Shown in pieces: positions 26,447-36,940 of a DNA stretch of 64,000 nucleotides. Location: assembly GCA_949297305.1 (NCBI GenBank), contig CASFSG010000018.1, forward strand, positions 4,901 to 68,900, written 5' to 3'. The translations under genes were made by a program, and so were the position numbers. A model generated the notes under the pieces. That model did no database searches, was not told the DNA's origin, and worked only from the letters and a program-made list of their open reading frames with translations. The stretch's first letter is position 1. Each line of letters opens with the position of its first letter. This DNA is from an uncultured bacterium. Lineage in GTDB: Bacteria > Bacillota_I > Bacilli_A > RFN20 > CAG-826.

Positions 26447-27157
26447 GTGAAGAAAAAAACATTATCTGCAAAAGGTCAAGATTCTCTCTCTTTTAGGTTT
26501 TTAAAATTGCTTACTCGCATCGCGATTCATCAACCAAATTTTATTTTTCTTGGTGATAAAATAACTCGACCTTCATTAATTTTATCTAATCATGTTGGCT
26601 CAAGAGCGCCATTGACTTTAGAAGTATATGCACCTTTTAAGACAAGAATTTTAGGTGCCTACCAAATGACCGGTTCATTAAAAGAAGTATATCATTATTT
26701 AGCACATATTTATTGGCATCAAAAAGGCAAGATGTCTTTGCCGCTTGCTAAGTTTTGTGCTTTTTTTGCCTGCCCTTTAGTGTATGCTACATACAAAGGT
26801 TTAAAAGTCATTCCCTCATATAGTGATTATAATTTTATAAAAAGTATTAAAGCTTGTTATCGCGTGTTTAATGATTTTCAGGAAAATTTGGTTATCTTTC
26901 CTGAAGATAGCAGCAATGGTTATTTTGATCGAATAACACATTTTTATAGCGGTTTTGCCGTTTTAGCCGACTATTGCTTAAAGCAAGGACTAGATTTAGA
27001 TATCTATTTAGCATATTTTTGTAAAGCAAGTCGCAATTATTATTTTGATAAGCCAATAAAATATTCCGAATTAAAAAAACTCTATCCTAATAAAGATGAA
27101 ATGGCAGAGGCTTTAAGAAGACGTTGTAACCAATTAGGGGAATTAGATAAAAAATAA
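26447..27157 (+). CDS. Putative lysophospholipid acyltransferase-like protein (GTG start)
   Basis: LILSNHVGSRAP and VIFPEDSSNGY resemble PlsC-family motifs I and III. The canonical Asp after NHxxxx is absent, so the family assignment is tentative. Confidence 0.4.
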   Translation: MKKKTLSAKGQDSLSFRFLKLLTRIAIHQPNFIFLGDKITRPSLILSNHVGSRAPLTLEVYAPFKTRILGAYQMTGSLKEVYHYLAHIYWHQKGKMSLPLAKFCAFFACPLVYATYKGLKVIPSYSDYNFIKSIKACYRVFNDFQENLVIFPEDSSNGYFDRITHFYSGFAVLADYCLKQGLDLDIYLAYFCKASRNYYFDKPIKYSELKKLYPNKDEMAEALRRRCNQLGELDKK

Positions 27158-27165
27158 ATTCATTT

Positions 27166-28392
27166 ATGAATAAAACATTTATTAGTAAATTTATTTTCAA
27201 GCAACTTCCCAAAGATGTTTTTTATCTTATGGAAAAAATTGAAAAGAATGGTTTTCAATGTTATGTTGTCGGCGGTGCTTTACGAGATATTCTTTTAAAA
27301 AAGAAAATTAATGATATTGATTTAGCGACGAACGCTAGACCTATCGATATCAAAAACATTTTTCCTAAAACTATTGATACAGGAATAAAACACGGAACAA
27401 TTTCGATTTATTTTCGACGAAAAATTTATGAAATTACAACATTTCGTCATGAAGATAACTATTTCGATCATCGACACCCATCTTTAGTAAAATTTGTTTC
27501 TTCATTAAAAGAGGATTTAATTAGACGAGACTTCACCATTAATGCTTTTGCTTTCAATCCACGCGTTGGGTTAATCGATTTATTTAATGGTCTAGAAGAT
27601 TTAAAGCATCGTCTAATTAAAGCAATCGGAAATCCTGCTGAACGATTTAATGAAGATGCTTTAAGAATGCTTAGAGCCTTTCGCTTCGCTTCTCAAATTG
27701 ATGGTAAAATTGAAACCAACACTTTTTTAGCCATTGGAAAATTGGCATATCTAATTAATAGCATATCAGTTGAAAGAATTCGTGAAGAGCTTGATAAAAT
27801 TCTTTTAAATAATCACCCCGAAGTTCTTTTGAATTGTCCATTAAACCCCTTTATTTTATTAAATGATAAACTTAAAAAAACTAAACGTAATTTGTTTGCT
27901 TTTAATCTATTAAAAAAATCCCCGCATAATTTAGTTTCTCGTTTGGTTCTCTTTTATGATTTAATGGATTTCTCGCTTAATGACATTGCAATGATATTAA
28001 AGCATTATAAATATTCGAATTATACAATTTCTAGAGTTAATTTATTTTCAAAATATTTAAGTTTTGTAATACCTATCGATAAGATAAAAATCAAATTTTT
28101 AATTAAAGATTTAGGTGGTTATGATGTCCTAAATCAATTAATTTTATTAAAAAAGTACTCGATTCACCATTATCAAGAAAAGATTGATTTATCATATTTA
28201 AAATCTCTTCATTTAGATGAGTGTATCTATAATATCAGCGATTTAGCAATTGGTGGCAATGATTTAGTAAACTTAGGATTTATGGGAAAAAATATTTCAT
28301 TAATTTTAAACGCTATTTTAGATTTAGTTATAGCGGAAAAAATTCCTAATCAAAAAGAAAATCTTCTTTCCTATATTAAAGATAATTTTTAA
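27166..28392 (+). CDS. cca: CCA-adding tRNA nucleotidyltransferase
   Basis: CYVVGGALRDILL, DIDLAT and RRDFTINA are polymerase-beta superfamily head-domain motifs. Confidence 0.85.
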   Translation: MNKTFISKFIFKQLPKDVFYLMEKIEKNGFQCYVVGGALRDILLKKKINDIDLATNARPIDIKNIFPKTIDTGIKHGTISIYFRRKIYEITTFRHEDNYFDHRHPSLVKFVSSLKEDLIRRDFTINAFAFNPRVGLIDLFNGLEDLKHRLIKAIGNPAERFNEDALRMLRAFRFASQIDGKIETNTFLAIGKLAYLINSISVERIREELDKILLNNHPEVLLNCPLNPFILLNDKLKKTKRNLFAFNLLKKSPHNLVSRLVLFYDLMDFSLNDIAMILKHYKYSNYTISRVNLFSKYLSFVIPIDKIKIKFLIKDLGGYDVLNQLILLKKYSIHHYQEKIDLSYLKSLHLDECIYNISDLAIGGNDLVNLGFMGKNISLILNAILDLVIAEKIPNQKENLLSYIKDNF

Positions 28393-28562
28393 AAAAACTA
28401 AAAAGATTTTTCTTGTTATTTAATTGTTTGTTTTATTGTCATAAATTTTTTATTGCTATTCTTAACATATACAAAGAATAACATTCTTATTTTTAACAAT
28501 ATTTTTAATGTAAATGTCACCTTTTCTTATCTAAGTTATGCGACAAAATATTAGTGTCTTAA

Positions 28563-30032
28563 ATGAGTAAACCTAATCGCCTGATTAACTTTATTAAAAA
28601 AGTATTCGCCTTCCATGATCTCACTAGTGGTAGTCCATTTAAAGTTATCTTACTTTTTGCTATTCCTATTTTTATCTCATCTTTATTAAATAATTCTTTG
28701 TCTTTATTAAATTCGTTAGTTTTACGTTCCACGGTTGGGGGAGTAGGTGTAACTGCTATTAATCAAACAGGTAGTTTATCCTCAATTCTTTTTCAATTTG
28801 CTTTTGGAGCATCGAGTGGTTTTGCTATTTTAGCTAGTCAAAGAAAAGGAGATAACGATCAAGAAGGGATTAAAAAAGTATTTTTTTCTTCTATCTTTTT
28901 ATCAATAATTCTTGCCCTTGTTATCACTATTGTTGGCGTTTTTGCATTAAAGCCCCTTTTAAGGCTACTAAATGTTGGTGACACTTATTTTAATTATTCA
29001 TATATTTATTTTTTAGTTTTGTTGATTGGATTTGTAATTACCTTAATAAATAACTTTTTTGGTAATTTTTTACGAGCTTTAGGGAATTCAACCTTTCCCC
29101 TTTTTGTTTCGCTAGGCACAACATTATTACATATTTTCTTCGTTTATTTATTAACCGCTCCATATTTGCTTAATATGAATACACTTGGTTGCGGTATCGC
29201 AGTTATTTTTACTAACTTAATTTCTTTATTAATTAATTATTTTTATATCATCAAAAAATATCCGTCTTTAAAAAGTCTAAAGGGTTTATGGCAATTTGAT
29301 AAAAAGATTTATAGTGGTTTATTGAAGTTTGGTCTCCCTTTAGGTTTACAGTGGTCAATTTTATTTATTGGTTCTTTTGTTCAGAATAGTCAAGTTAATC
29401 TTTTTGGTGATGATGCTTCAAAAGCGATGGCCTGTTATAGCAACTTTGAAGGTTATATTACGATGCCTTTTTCGGCTTTATCAAGCGCGATAACGACTTT
29501 CGTTGGACAAAATTATGGGGCTAAACTCTATCGTCGCATTAAACTTGGATTGCGTGATGGTTTATTTATAACACTCATCATTTATGCGGCGATTTTATGC
29601 ATTGCTCTTCCTTTAACACCATATGTGTCATATATATTTTTAAATGTCGATGAAGTAAATGATAATGTCATTTATTATACCTCCACTTATTCGATTATCA
29701 TTATTGCTAGTCTAATTTTACAAGGCACATTGATGTTATCGCGATCTGCTCTACAAGGCACAAAGCACGCTTTGATTCCCTTTTTAGCAGGCGTAGGAGA
29801 ACTAGGAGCGAGAATTTTAATAAGTCTATATATTCCTTCTTTAATCGATCCTAGTTTCGCTATTAATCATTCGCAATCAGCCTATCTTGGTTTATCTTTT
29901 TCTACTCCTAGTGCTTGGCTAATATCTTTTTTGGTAATGGGGATATCAACTCTCGTTTTAATCATCTTTAATAAAAATTATCAAAGCGACCAAAGAACTA
30001 GTGTTTTACCTAATGAAAAAAACAATCATTAA
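28563..30032 (+). CDS. MOP/MATE-superfamily polytopic transporter (efflux or flippase)
   Basis: About 12 TM helices over 489 aa with MATE-like N- and C-lobes. I could not call a specific family. Confidence 0.55.
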   Translation: MSKPNRLINFIKKVFAFHDLTSGSPFKVILLFAIPIFISSLLNNSLSLLNSLVLRSTVGGVGVTAINQTGSLSSILFQFAFGASSGFAILASQRKGDNDQEGIKKVFFSSIFLSIILALVITIVGVFALKPLLRLLNVGDTYFNYSYIYFLVLLIGFVITLINNFFGNFLRALGNSTFPLFVSLGTTLLHIFFVYLLTAPYLLNMNTLGCGIAVIFTNLISLLINYFYIIKKYPSLKSLKGLWQFDKKIYSGLLKFGLPLGLQWSILFIGSFVQNSQVNLFGDDASKAMACYSNFEGYITMPFSALSSAITTFVGQNYGAKLYRRIKLGLRDGLFITLIIYAAILCIALPLTPYVSYIFLNVDEVNDNVIYYTSTYSIIIIASLILQGTLMLSRSALQGTKHALIPFLAGVGELGARILISLYIPSLIDPSFAINHSQSAYLGLSFSTPSAWLISFLVMGISTLVLIIFNKNYQSDQRTSVLPNEKNNH

Positions 30033-30163
30033 TAATGTCGTTTATTGATTGTTACGAATAATAACATTCGATAAAATCTTATTTTTTGCCTATTAAATTC
30101 TTGAGTATTTTTACATTATTTATAATGTTAGTAATTACTTTTAAGACTTTTTAACATAATAAG

Positions 30164-30177
30164 TGTAAACGCTTACA
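30164..30177 (+). promoter_or_regulatory. Catabolite-responsive element (cre) upstream of the 30246 lipoprotein gene
   Basis: TGTAAACGCTTACA matches the cre consensus TGWAANCGNTNWCA at every constrained position, about 70 bp upstream of the start. Confidence 0.6.
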
Positions 30178-30245
30178 TTTTCTTAAATTCGTTTTTGAAT
30201 TAATGAACAAAAAGCGTAATTAAAGGAGGATCGAAAGGAGAATTT

Positions 30246-32729
30246 ATGAAAAAAAGATTACCTTTAAGTATCTTATCTATCGCTCTTGCTTCCGTGATGA
30301 TGCTCACTAGTTGTCCTGGTGAAACAAGTAATAGTGGCTCAGAATCGACTGGTGGCGGTGGATCAAGTGATACTACCCCTAGTGTCGTCATCAATTCAGT
30401 CGACATTTTGGACGCTGATGGTTATGAAATAACCGAACTCGATATCTTAGATAATAATGTCTACGAATTGACGGCAAAAGTTGATACTGATAGTTCTCAA
30501 TCTTCAGCGCGTCGTGTCGATTGGTCTACTAGTGATGATACAATCGCTGAAATTGATAATGGCTATTTAACAATTGGAAATGTTTTAGAAGAAGATAAAA
30601 CATTGACCGTTACAGCGACTAGCCGGGCCGACGCAACTAAATCCGACAGTGTGACTTTCACGCTTCATCATTCACCAATTGATTTAGTTAATTCTCGTCC
30701 ACTCTCAACTATTGATACTTATGATTTCCTTGAAGAAGGTATCATGGCTCAAACTGATGATTTAAGTGATACGAGTATGATTTTTGCTGGTGTTCATTCA
30801 ACAAAATGGTATGTCCAAGCCGACATTCGTATTACTTCTTTAAATGAATCTGATAATTATCCTAAATTTGGTTTAATGACTGGTACTAATGAATATGGTG
30901 TTTGGCAAGATGGTCAAAACCCCTTCTCAATGTTCTTTATTGACTCACAAAGATTACTGTCTAGTTGGAATTCCCTAGGCTGGGTCAATAGCAACGATGC
31001 GATGACCGACTGGAATTGGGGTGGCGCTAAATATAATAGTGTCTCACCAGCCGTTGAAATGCGTCAATGGTTCCGTTTAGGTTTGCTTAGAGACGGGACA
31101 ACTTATTCCGTTTTCTTTGGTCATTCTAGCGATGAATACAAGTCATATAAACGTTTAGCTACCTACACTTGGACTGGTGTAGCAGCCGATCAACCATCCT
31201 ACGCTTGGATTGGTGGTTTTAAAGCTGCGGTCGAAGTTCAAAATGTTAACGCCTATGTTGATGATGCAGTAAATACTTGCTTTGCTGAACCAAATGAGTT
31301 TGCTTTCACAGCTCCTATGATGCTTCTTCAACCTGGTGAAACATATCAAACCGCCTTTAATTATGATACCGATTATCTTGATATGTCTAAGGTTACATAT
31401 GCCAGTGATAACAGCGATGTTGTAACCGTTTCTGAAACTGGTTTAATTACCGTCAATAGCGAATATAGTGGCACAACCAATGTCACAGTTACTGCTACTT
31501 ATGATAAAGTCGAAGGTGAAGATTTAGTCGCGACAATGACCGTTACAGCCACCAATGATCAAGAAATGATTTTCGTTGTCGATGGCAAAATGGATGATGC
31601 TGGTTATCAAAAGGTTCTCGCTAATTCCTTCACTTTAAGAAAAGACCCAAGCAACTGGATTACCTTCTATGCTGCCCGCAATATTAATGGTATCTATTTA
31701 TTTGCCGATTATAATGTCAATGCTATTAAAAACAACAACAATAATGATTGGTGGGAAAATGATAACTTTGAATTTTATTTAGGCACCGATGGTAATACCA
31801 ACATGACTAATCAAATTTGGGCTTCGGTTTTAGGCGCTGGTGGTAGTTCTAACGCCGATAATCACTTTGTGACCGAATTAACTAAAAATGAAGATACTGG
31901 TTTATATCACGCCAATTTCGAAGTATATGTTTCATATGCTCGCATTGGTAAAGGTATTGATAATGATACATTATTAACCTTCTGTGTCGGTTCTAATCCT
32001 GCTGCTGGTTGGTATAATACTGGTGCTTTCTGGGCTCCAGAAGCTGGTAAAGATCCTGTCAATGCTGATGCTAATAGTTTCATCCGTATCGGCGCTAATG
32101 GCTTTGAATGGTTTAATGAAAAAGATATTAATATCGAATGTGATGGCCACAATTTTGTTGAAGGTGTTTGCACTAAATGTGGTGAAACGATTGAAACGCC
32201 AGTTAATAGTGGCGATTTAAGCTCAATCAAATTTGATGTCGTTCAATGCGAAGTAAATATGGCTGAAGATTTTGAAGTCGTCGTCAAGATGAATTCTGTC
32301 GTTACTGAAGGTGATCATGCTAAATGTAATATGCTCGACCATACTTGGGTTGGTGAAATTACATCAACTGATGGCCAAGGTGCAGTTAATACTGATGGTT
32401 GCTGGTCATTTAGAGGTGACTGGTGGAGTTGGGGTAGTTGGTCTTCTACTGGCGGTGATGCTTCGGCCGGTAAAGAATTTGGTAACTTCCCTGATCGCAA
32501 TTCTGCCTTTAGAGATTTAGATATTACCTTGTTAATGCGTTGGGATGCTGAAACTGGCTATTTCACCGTTAAAGGTCAATATCACTCTAATGTCGAAGGT
32601 CAAGACGGCAGTGTTTACCAATATATTAATTACAAATCAGGTCATATCGATTATCGAGGACTTGCCTACATTAATGTTGGTGGAAATAGCCACACTAATG
32701 TCACAATTAATAGCTTGGTTATTCGTTAA
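30246..32729 (+). CDS. Large surface lipoprotein with Ig-like (Big_2-type) and carbohydrate-binding-like domains
   Basis: The lipobox is LTSCPG, followed by a Gly/Ser linker. The VHSTKWY...PKFGLMTG domain is shared with the 35808 lipoprotein, and VVDGKMDDAGYQ is CBM9/DOMON-like and shared with 33962. An AAAGGAG RBS is present. Confidence 0.6.
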   Translation: MKKRLPLSILSIALASVMMLTSCPGETSNSGSESTGGGGSSDTTPSVVINSVDILDADGYEITELDILDNNVYELTAKVDTDSSQSSARRVDWSTSDDTIAEIDNGYLTIGNVLEEDKTLTVTATSRADATKSDSVTFTLHHSPIDLVNSRPLSTIDTYDFLEEGIMAQTDDLSDTSMIFAGVHSTKWYVQADIRITSLNESDNYPKFGLMTGTNEYGVWQDGQNPFSMFFIDSQRLLSSWNSLGWVNSNDAMTDWNWGGAKYNSVSPAVEMRQWFRLGLLRDGTTYSVFFGHSSDEYKSYKRLATYTWTGVAADQPSYAWIGGFKAAVEVQNVNAYVDDAVNTCFAEPNEFAFTAPMMLLQPGETYQTAFNYDTDYLDMSKVTYASDNSDVVTVSETGLITVNSEYSGTTNVTVTATYDKVEGEDLVATMTVTATNDQEMIFVVDGKMDDAGYQKVLANSFTLRKDPSNWITFYAARNINGIYLFADYNVNAIKNNNNNDWWENDNFEFYLGTDGNTNMTNQIWASVLGAGGSSNADNHFVTELTKNEDTGLYHANFEVYVSYARIGKGIDNDTLLTFCVGSNPAAGWYNTGAFWAPEAGKDPVNADANSFIRIGANGFEWFNEKDINIECDGHNFVEGVCTKCGETIETPVNSGDLSSIKFDVVQCEVNMAEDFEVVVKMNSVVTEGDHAKCNMLDHTWVGEITSTDGQGAVNTDGCWSFRGDWWSWGSWSSTGGDASAGKEFGNFPDRNSAFRDLDITLLMRWDAETGYFTVKGQYHSNVEGQDGSVYQYINYKSGHIDYRGLAYINVGGNSHTNVTINSLVIR

Positions 32730-32751
32730 TTATTGAATATTAATATAAAGG

Positions 32752-32784
32752 GATGGCTAGCAATAGCCATCTTTTTATTATTTT
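32752..32784 (+). terminator. Rho-independent terminator
   Basis: GATGGCTA-gcaa-TAGCCATC is an 8-bp stem followed by TTTTTATTATTTT. Confidence 0.75.
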
Positions 32785-32852
32785 ATATAATAACGGTTTC
32801 AAACGAATTTTTCTTCTTTTCAAAGAAGATAAATTGTGTTTAATTTTATAAT

Positions 32853-33839
32853 ATGAGTTTATTAAAACCGGTTGGATTAAAAGAAATAGCTTATGAATTA
32901 GGGGTCTCGGTCAACACCGTCTCACGCGCTTTAAGAGATTGCGATGATATCTCCTTAGAAATGAAAAAGAAAGTTCGTTCAAAAGCGATAGAAATGGGTT
33001 ATTCTCCTAACGCCGTCGAAGAATTTGTTAAAAAAGACTACAAAAAGAACATCGCTTTTTTAGGTTCAAATTTCGACAATTTATATTTCACAATCATGTG
33101 CAATGAATTTTTAAAATATTTAGATAGCGATAAATATAATTTCACTGTTGTCGTTTCTAATGGCAATCATTTAGATGTTGAAGGCGTCAAAAGATGCATT
33201 TTACAAAGAGTTGATGCAATTATTTCTTTTATTGAACCGCTTCCGGAAGCGATTAACTTAACTAAGTTATATAAAATTCCCATGCTCTTAGTTGGTCGTA
33301 GAGTAGAAAATGCTGATATTGATCAAATTTATACAGATGACCGCCGGGGAGGGGCGCTTGCCGGCGAATATTTAATTGAAAGACATCAATGTAAGAAGCT
33401 ATGCTTCTTATCGTTTAAAGATATCGAATGTGCAGAAAGAAGATATCTCGGCTTTAATAGCGTCGCAAAGGAACATTCTTTGCATGTTGATAAAATTTAT
33501 GTTTCAAGTATCGACGAAGTTAATGCTGATTATTTTATTAAGCAAGGATATGATGGCATCTTTTGTTTTAATGACGAACTAGCTTACTATCTTTTATATA
33601 ATGCCTCAACTAGTAAAGACGAAATTGACACTAAATTTAAAGATGTTCATATCGTAGGTTATGATGCTTTGGCTCACCGAATTCGCGGGTTAAAGCGCAT
33701 TACTTCCATCAATTCAAACTATCATGAAATTGCTAAAGAATCGATTGATTTAATTGTCCGCCGTTTAGAAAGTAAAGATAGCGGCCTATCTTTTGCGAAT
33801 GTAACATTTCCCGTTGCATTATATTTACGCCTCCATTAA
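32853..33839 (+). CDS. LacI-family transcriptional regulator
   Basis: The N-terminal HTH is LKEIAYELGVSVNTVSRALRD, followed by a periplasmic-binding-protein-like sugar-binding core. Confidence 0.75.
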   Translation: MSLLKPVGLKEIAYELGVSVNTVSRALRDCDDISLEMKKKVRSKAIEMGYSPNAVEEFVKKDYKKNIAFLGSNFDNLYFTIMCNEFLKYLDSDKYNFTVVVSNGNHLDVEGVKRCILQRVDAIISFIEPLPEAINLTKLYKIPMLLVGRRVENADIDQIYTDDRRGGALAGEYLIERHQCKKLCFLSFKDIECAERRYLGFNSVAKEHSLHVDKIYVSSIDEVNADYFIKQGYDGIFCFNDELAYYLLYNASTSKDEIDTKFKDVHIVGYDALAHRIRGLKRITSINSNYHEIAKESIDLIVRRLESKDSGLSFANVTFPVALYLRLH

Positions 33840-33961
33840 TTTAGGATTATTTTTTTCATAAATTTCGATGAAATCTAATATTTTATAGCGTTATTTTTAA
33901 TGTAAAAATCTCTTTAAGAAAGCCCTTACAATAAAAATGTAAATAAAGGAGGTTTTTTCTT

Positions 33962-35770
33962 ATGAATATTAAACCGCTCGCTTTAGCTGGCTTATCATTG
34001 TTCCTTCTTGCTAGTTGCGATGACCCTAATAGCGAATCAACCTCGCGTGATGGTAGTTCAACTAGTATCGTTGAAACAATCCCAGAGGATGATAAAGTTC
34101 ACTTAGTTATTTTAGCGGGGGCTAGTAACGCGCGAGGGAAAGCACTCAATAGCGACTTAAGCGCCGCCGATAAAGCTGAAAACGAATTAGTTCAAATTTT
34201 AAATGATGGTTATCGGATGGAAAATTTGGGTTTTGTTGGCGATGAGCCAAATAATGTTCGTTTGCAAAACGTAACCTCTTCTTTAGGCGATGGTACCACT
34301 GAATTTGGTCCTGAGGTTGGTATGGCGCAAGTGATGGGTAAAAGGTATGGCTTAACCGAATACGATGAACCGCGTTCATCAATCGTTAAATATTCGGCTT
34401 GTGGTTCAACCTTTTATGACCATTGGATGAGTGAAACAAGCGTCAAAGATTCATCGCTTCACCTCAATTTGAATGATGTAAGGACAAATCCGAAATTAAA
34501 TGAAGAAGTTGGTCCATTGACAAATAATTATTATCAATTAATCGATAAAGCAATCGAAGAATATAATGCATTAGGCTATGATGTAAAAATCGATGGTGTC
34601 GTTTTTCTTCATGGCGAACAAGACGCGAAATTTAGCGATAACATGGAAGATTATGAAACAGTTTTTACTAACTTTATTCATGATACTAGAAACTATGTTG
34701 GCGATGACGATTTACCCTTTGTAATTGTCGAGTCTCTCACTAATAGCGCTCGCTATGGCAATGAACTTAGAGTAATTCAAAAAAGAGTCGCTACAAACAC
34801 TAATTCCATCTTTGTTGAAACCGCTGATTTACATGTTAATAATTTTGAGCCTTGGCATTTTGATGCTAGTAGTACCATCGAATTAGGAAAAAGAGTCGCT
34901 AGCGAATTAATCGCCTTAACCGATAACCGCGTCATCAGTGAAGTTACCGAAGAAAATATTGAGATTACTATTGGTGGTTCTTCTAATTTACCCCAATATC
35001 TTCAAGTGATGTTTTTAGATGGAGAAGAAGAAATTGTTCCCGTTTCTTCTTATGAAGAATTTGATGATTCAACTAGCGGAATAAAAACGACCAAAGTCAA
35101 TTTCGATTACAATGGTCATCATTTCGATTTTGATATCGAAATTAATGTTAAGGAAACCCCTTTTGTTGATGGTGATTTATCCGAAAGCGCCTACGCTAGT
35201 GCTAAAGCATTTAAACTTGGCGAAAAAGTCAATGTTAAATTGGTTAATAGCGACAAAGGATTATTTGTTGCTACAGATATCGATGATGATGACATCTCAA
35301 CTGATGGAGAAGATTGGCATAACAATGATTTAGGTCAAATGAATGTCAATGACGATTTAGAAATTTATATAACTGATAGCGATGTAGATAATCGTTATTC
35401 AATCATGTTATCAAGCGCGAATCTATTAAGAGTTTACGATCGCGGCTTTGATACAACTAATATTACATCTACGATGCCTACTAATAATTTAGTTATTCAA
35501 GGCAGGACAACTAATTTTTCACATCAAGTAAAAACTCAAGGAGAAATGAATGGTGGTGTCGCAAATGGCATGAAGATGGAATTATTTATTTCTTATGAAG
35601 ATTTAGGTTTTACTGAAACAAGTAATCTTAAAGTTTTATTTGAGTATAATGATGTTTCGTTCGATGGTACGTCTAAAACTAATTCCTCATCTTATTATGG
35701 TGCTTCTAGCATCAACGATAGCTATGAATTAGATATTTCTAATTATATTAACTTAACTGAATTACTTTAA
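33962..35770 (+). CDS. Lipoprotein carbohydrate esterase (SASA/DUF303 sialate-O-acetylesterase-like) with a C-terminal CBM9-like domain
   Basis: The lipobox is LLASCDD. HLVILAGASNARGK matches the SASA GQSNMxG-type motif and PFVDGDLSESAYASAKAF is CBM9-like. An RBS is present (AAAGGAGG). Confidence 0.55.
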   Translation: MNIKPLALAGLSLFLLASCDDPNSESTSRDGSSTSIVETIPEDDKVHLVILAGASNARGKALNSDLSAADKAENELVQILNDGYRMENLGFVGDEPNNVRLQNVTSSLGDGTTEFGPEVGMAQVMGKRYGLTEYDEPRSSIVKYSACGSTFYDHWMSETSVKDSSLHLNLNDVRTNPKLNEEVGPLTNNYYQLIDKAIEEYNALGYDVKIDGVVFLHGEQDAKFSDNMEDYETVFTNFIHDTRNYVGDDDLPFVIVESLTNSARYGNELRVIQKRVATNTNSIFVETADLHVNNFEPWHFDASSTIELGKRVASELIALTDNRVISEVTEENIEITIGGSSNLPQYLQVMFLDGEEEIVPVSSYEEFDDSTSGIKTTKVNFDYNGHHFDFDIEINVKETPFVDGDLSESAYASAKAFKLGEKVNVKLVNSDKGLFVATDIDDDDISTDGEDWHNNDLGQMNVNDDLEIYITDSDVDNRYSIMLSSANLLRVYDRGFDTTNITSTMPTNNLVIQGRTTNFSHQVKTQGEMNGGVANGMKMELFISYEDLGFTETSNLKVLFEYNDVSFDGTSKTNSSSYYGASSINDSYELDISNYINLTELL

Positions 35771-35807
35771 TCTCATGATGAGATTTAAAGATAAATAGGA
35801 GGAAAAT

Positions 35808-36887
35808 ATGAAAACAAAATTATTGTGTAGTTTATTTGGATTATTTGCCCTAACTTTTGGATTAGTAGGTTGCGATGATCCAACTACTTCTAGTGGTGGT
35901 GGCACTAGTGAAGGTCCTAGCATTTCGCAAGGTGATTCGGAAGAGGAAGAGCCTTCAACAATTCAATCGATTACCATTACTGATGAATACCAAAATTATC
36001 AAGTTGGTGTCGGCGAAATTATCTATATTACAAATGCGATGTATGAAATTCATCCTAGTGGTCTACCTTCATCTCAAAGACGCGTTGAATTATCGCTCGT
36101 CGATGGTGAAGAATATTTTGAAGCTAACGATGACGAATTTACTGCAATTGCTCCAGGAGTTGGAACATTTAGAATTTCTAGCCGAGTTAGTAAAGAAATC
36201 TATGCTGATTTTAATGTGACGGTTATTGAAACATTCTTTGCCCGCACCGACGGTTTTGCAAGTGTCGATTTAACTCATGAAAATGATGAAACTAATCCTT
36301 ATGTTACCACCCGCGGTGTCACGACTGATTTAATGGTAGCTGGCATCGATAGTACAAAGTGGTATGCGGAAACCACAATTAATATTAAGGAAGTTACAAC
36401 GAGTGAAAAATTCCCGAAAGTAGGCATTTTCTCACGCGCTAGCGACGGCTCTTTAAATCGCGCTTTCTTCTTTATGAATGCTGAAATTGGTGATAATAAT
36501 AATAGCGAATGGAAGAATTTTGGTGTTTGTGAAGTTCAAGGTCAAGATGGTTGGGCTTGGAATCCTGGAGTCACTAATGACGAAGCTCGTCACGTCGATA
36601 ATTGCTATGTACACGAAAGCGTTTTAACTTATAATACTGAATTTAAGATGGGTTTAGCCCGTTCTGGCTTAAGATATTATATGTATGTCAATGATGTTTA
36701 TGTTGGTGAATTTGATATTTTACCAACTTTGATTGCTGCTGATCAAAATAGTAATATTGGTTTCTTCCAATTTAATTCAACTGTCGTTTTCTCTAATTAT
36801 AGTGCGACCGATGATGCAGACGAAGTCGATGCTAGAATCAATGCTATTAGTGAACACAAAGTTGTTGAAAATTGGGCTGCTGATTAA
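35808..36887 (+). CDS. Lipoprotein with an Ig-like domain and a lectin/CBM-like domain
   Basis: The lipobox is LVGCDD. The IDSTKWYAETTINIKEV...FPKVGIF domain is shared with the 30246 lipoprotein. Confidence 0.5.
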   Translation: MKTKLLCSLFGLFALTFGLVGCDDPTTSSGGGTSEGPSISQGDSEEEEPSTIQSITITDEYQNYQVGVGEIIYITNAMYEIHPSGLPSSQRRVELSLVDGEEYFEANDDEFTAIAPGVGTFRISSRVSKEIYADFNVTVIETFFARTDGFASVDLTHENDETNPYVTTRGVTTDLMVAGIDSTKWYAETTINIKEVTTSEKFPKVGIFSRASDGSLNRAFFFMNAEIGDNNNSEWKNFGVCEVQGQDGWAWNPGVTNDEARHVDNCYVHESVLTYNTEFKMGLARSGLRYYMYVNDVYVGEFDILPTLIAADQNSNIGFFQFNSTVVFSNYSATDDADEVDARINAISEHKVVENWAAD

Positions 36888-36905
36888 GTAAAATTTTAAA
36901 AGTGG

Positions 36906-36934
36906 GGCTATAGGCAACTATAGCCTCTTTTATT
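36906..36934 (+). terminator. Rho-independent terminator
   Basis: GGCTATAG-gcaa-CTATAGCC is an 8-bp stem followed by TCTTTTATT. Confidence 0.7.
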
Positions 36935-36940
36935 AAAACA

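Noticed and set aside
28393-28562. Possible riboswitch or leader upstream of the MATE/MOP transporter
   Set aside because: The region is AT-rich with no conserved riboswitch blocks or convincing stem-loops that I could recognise.
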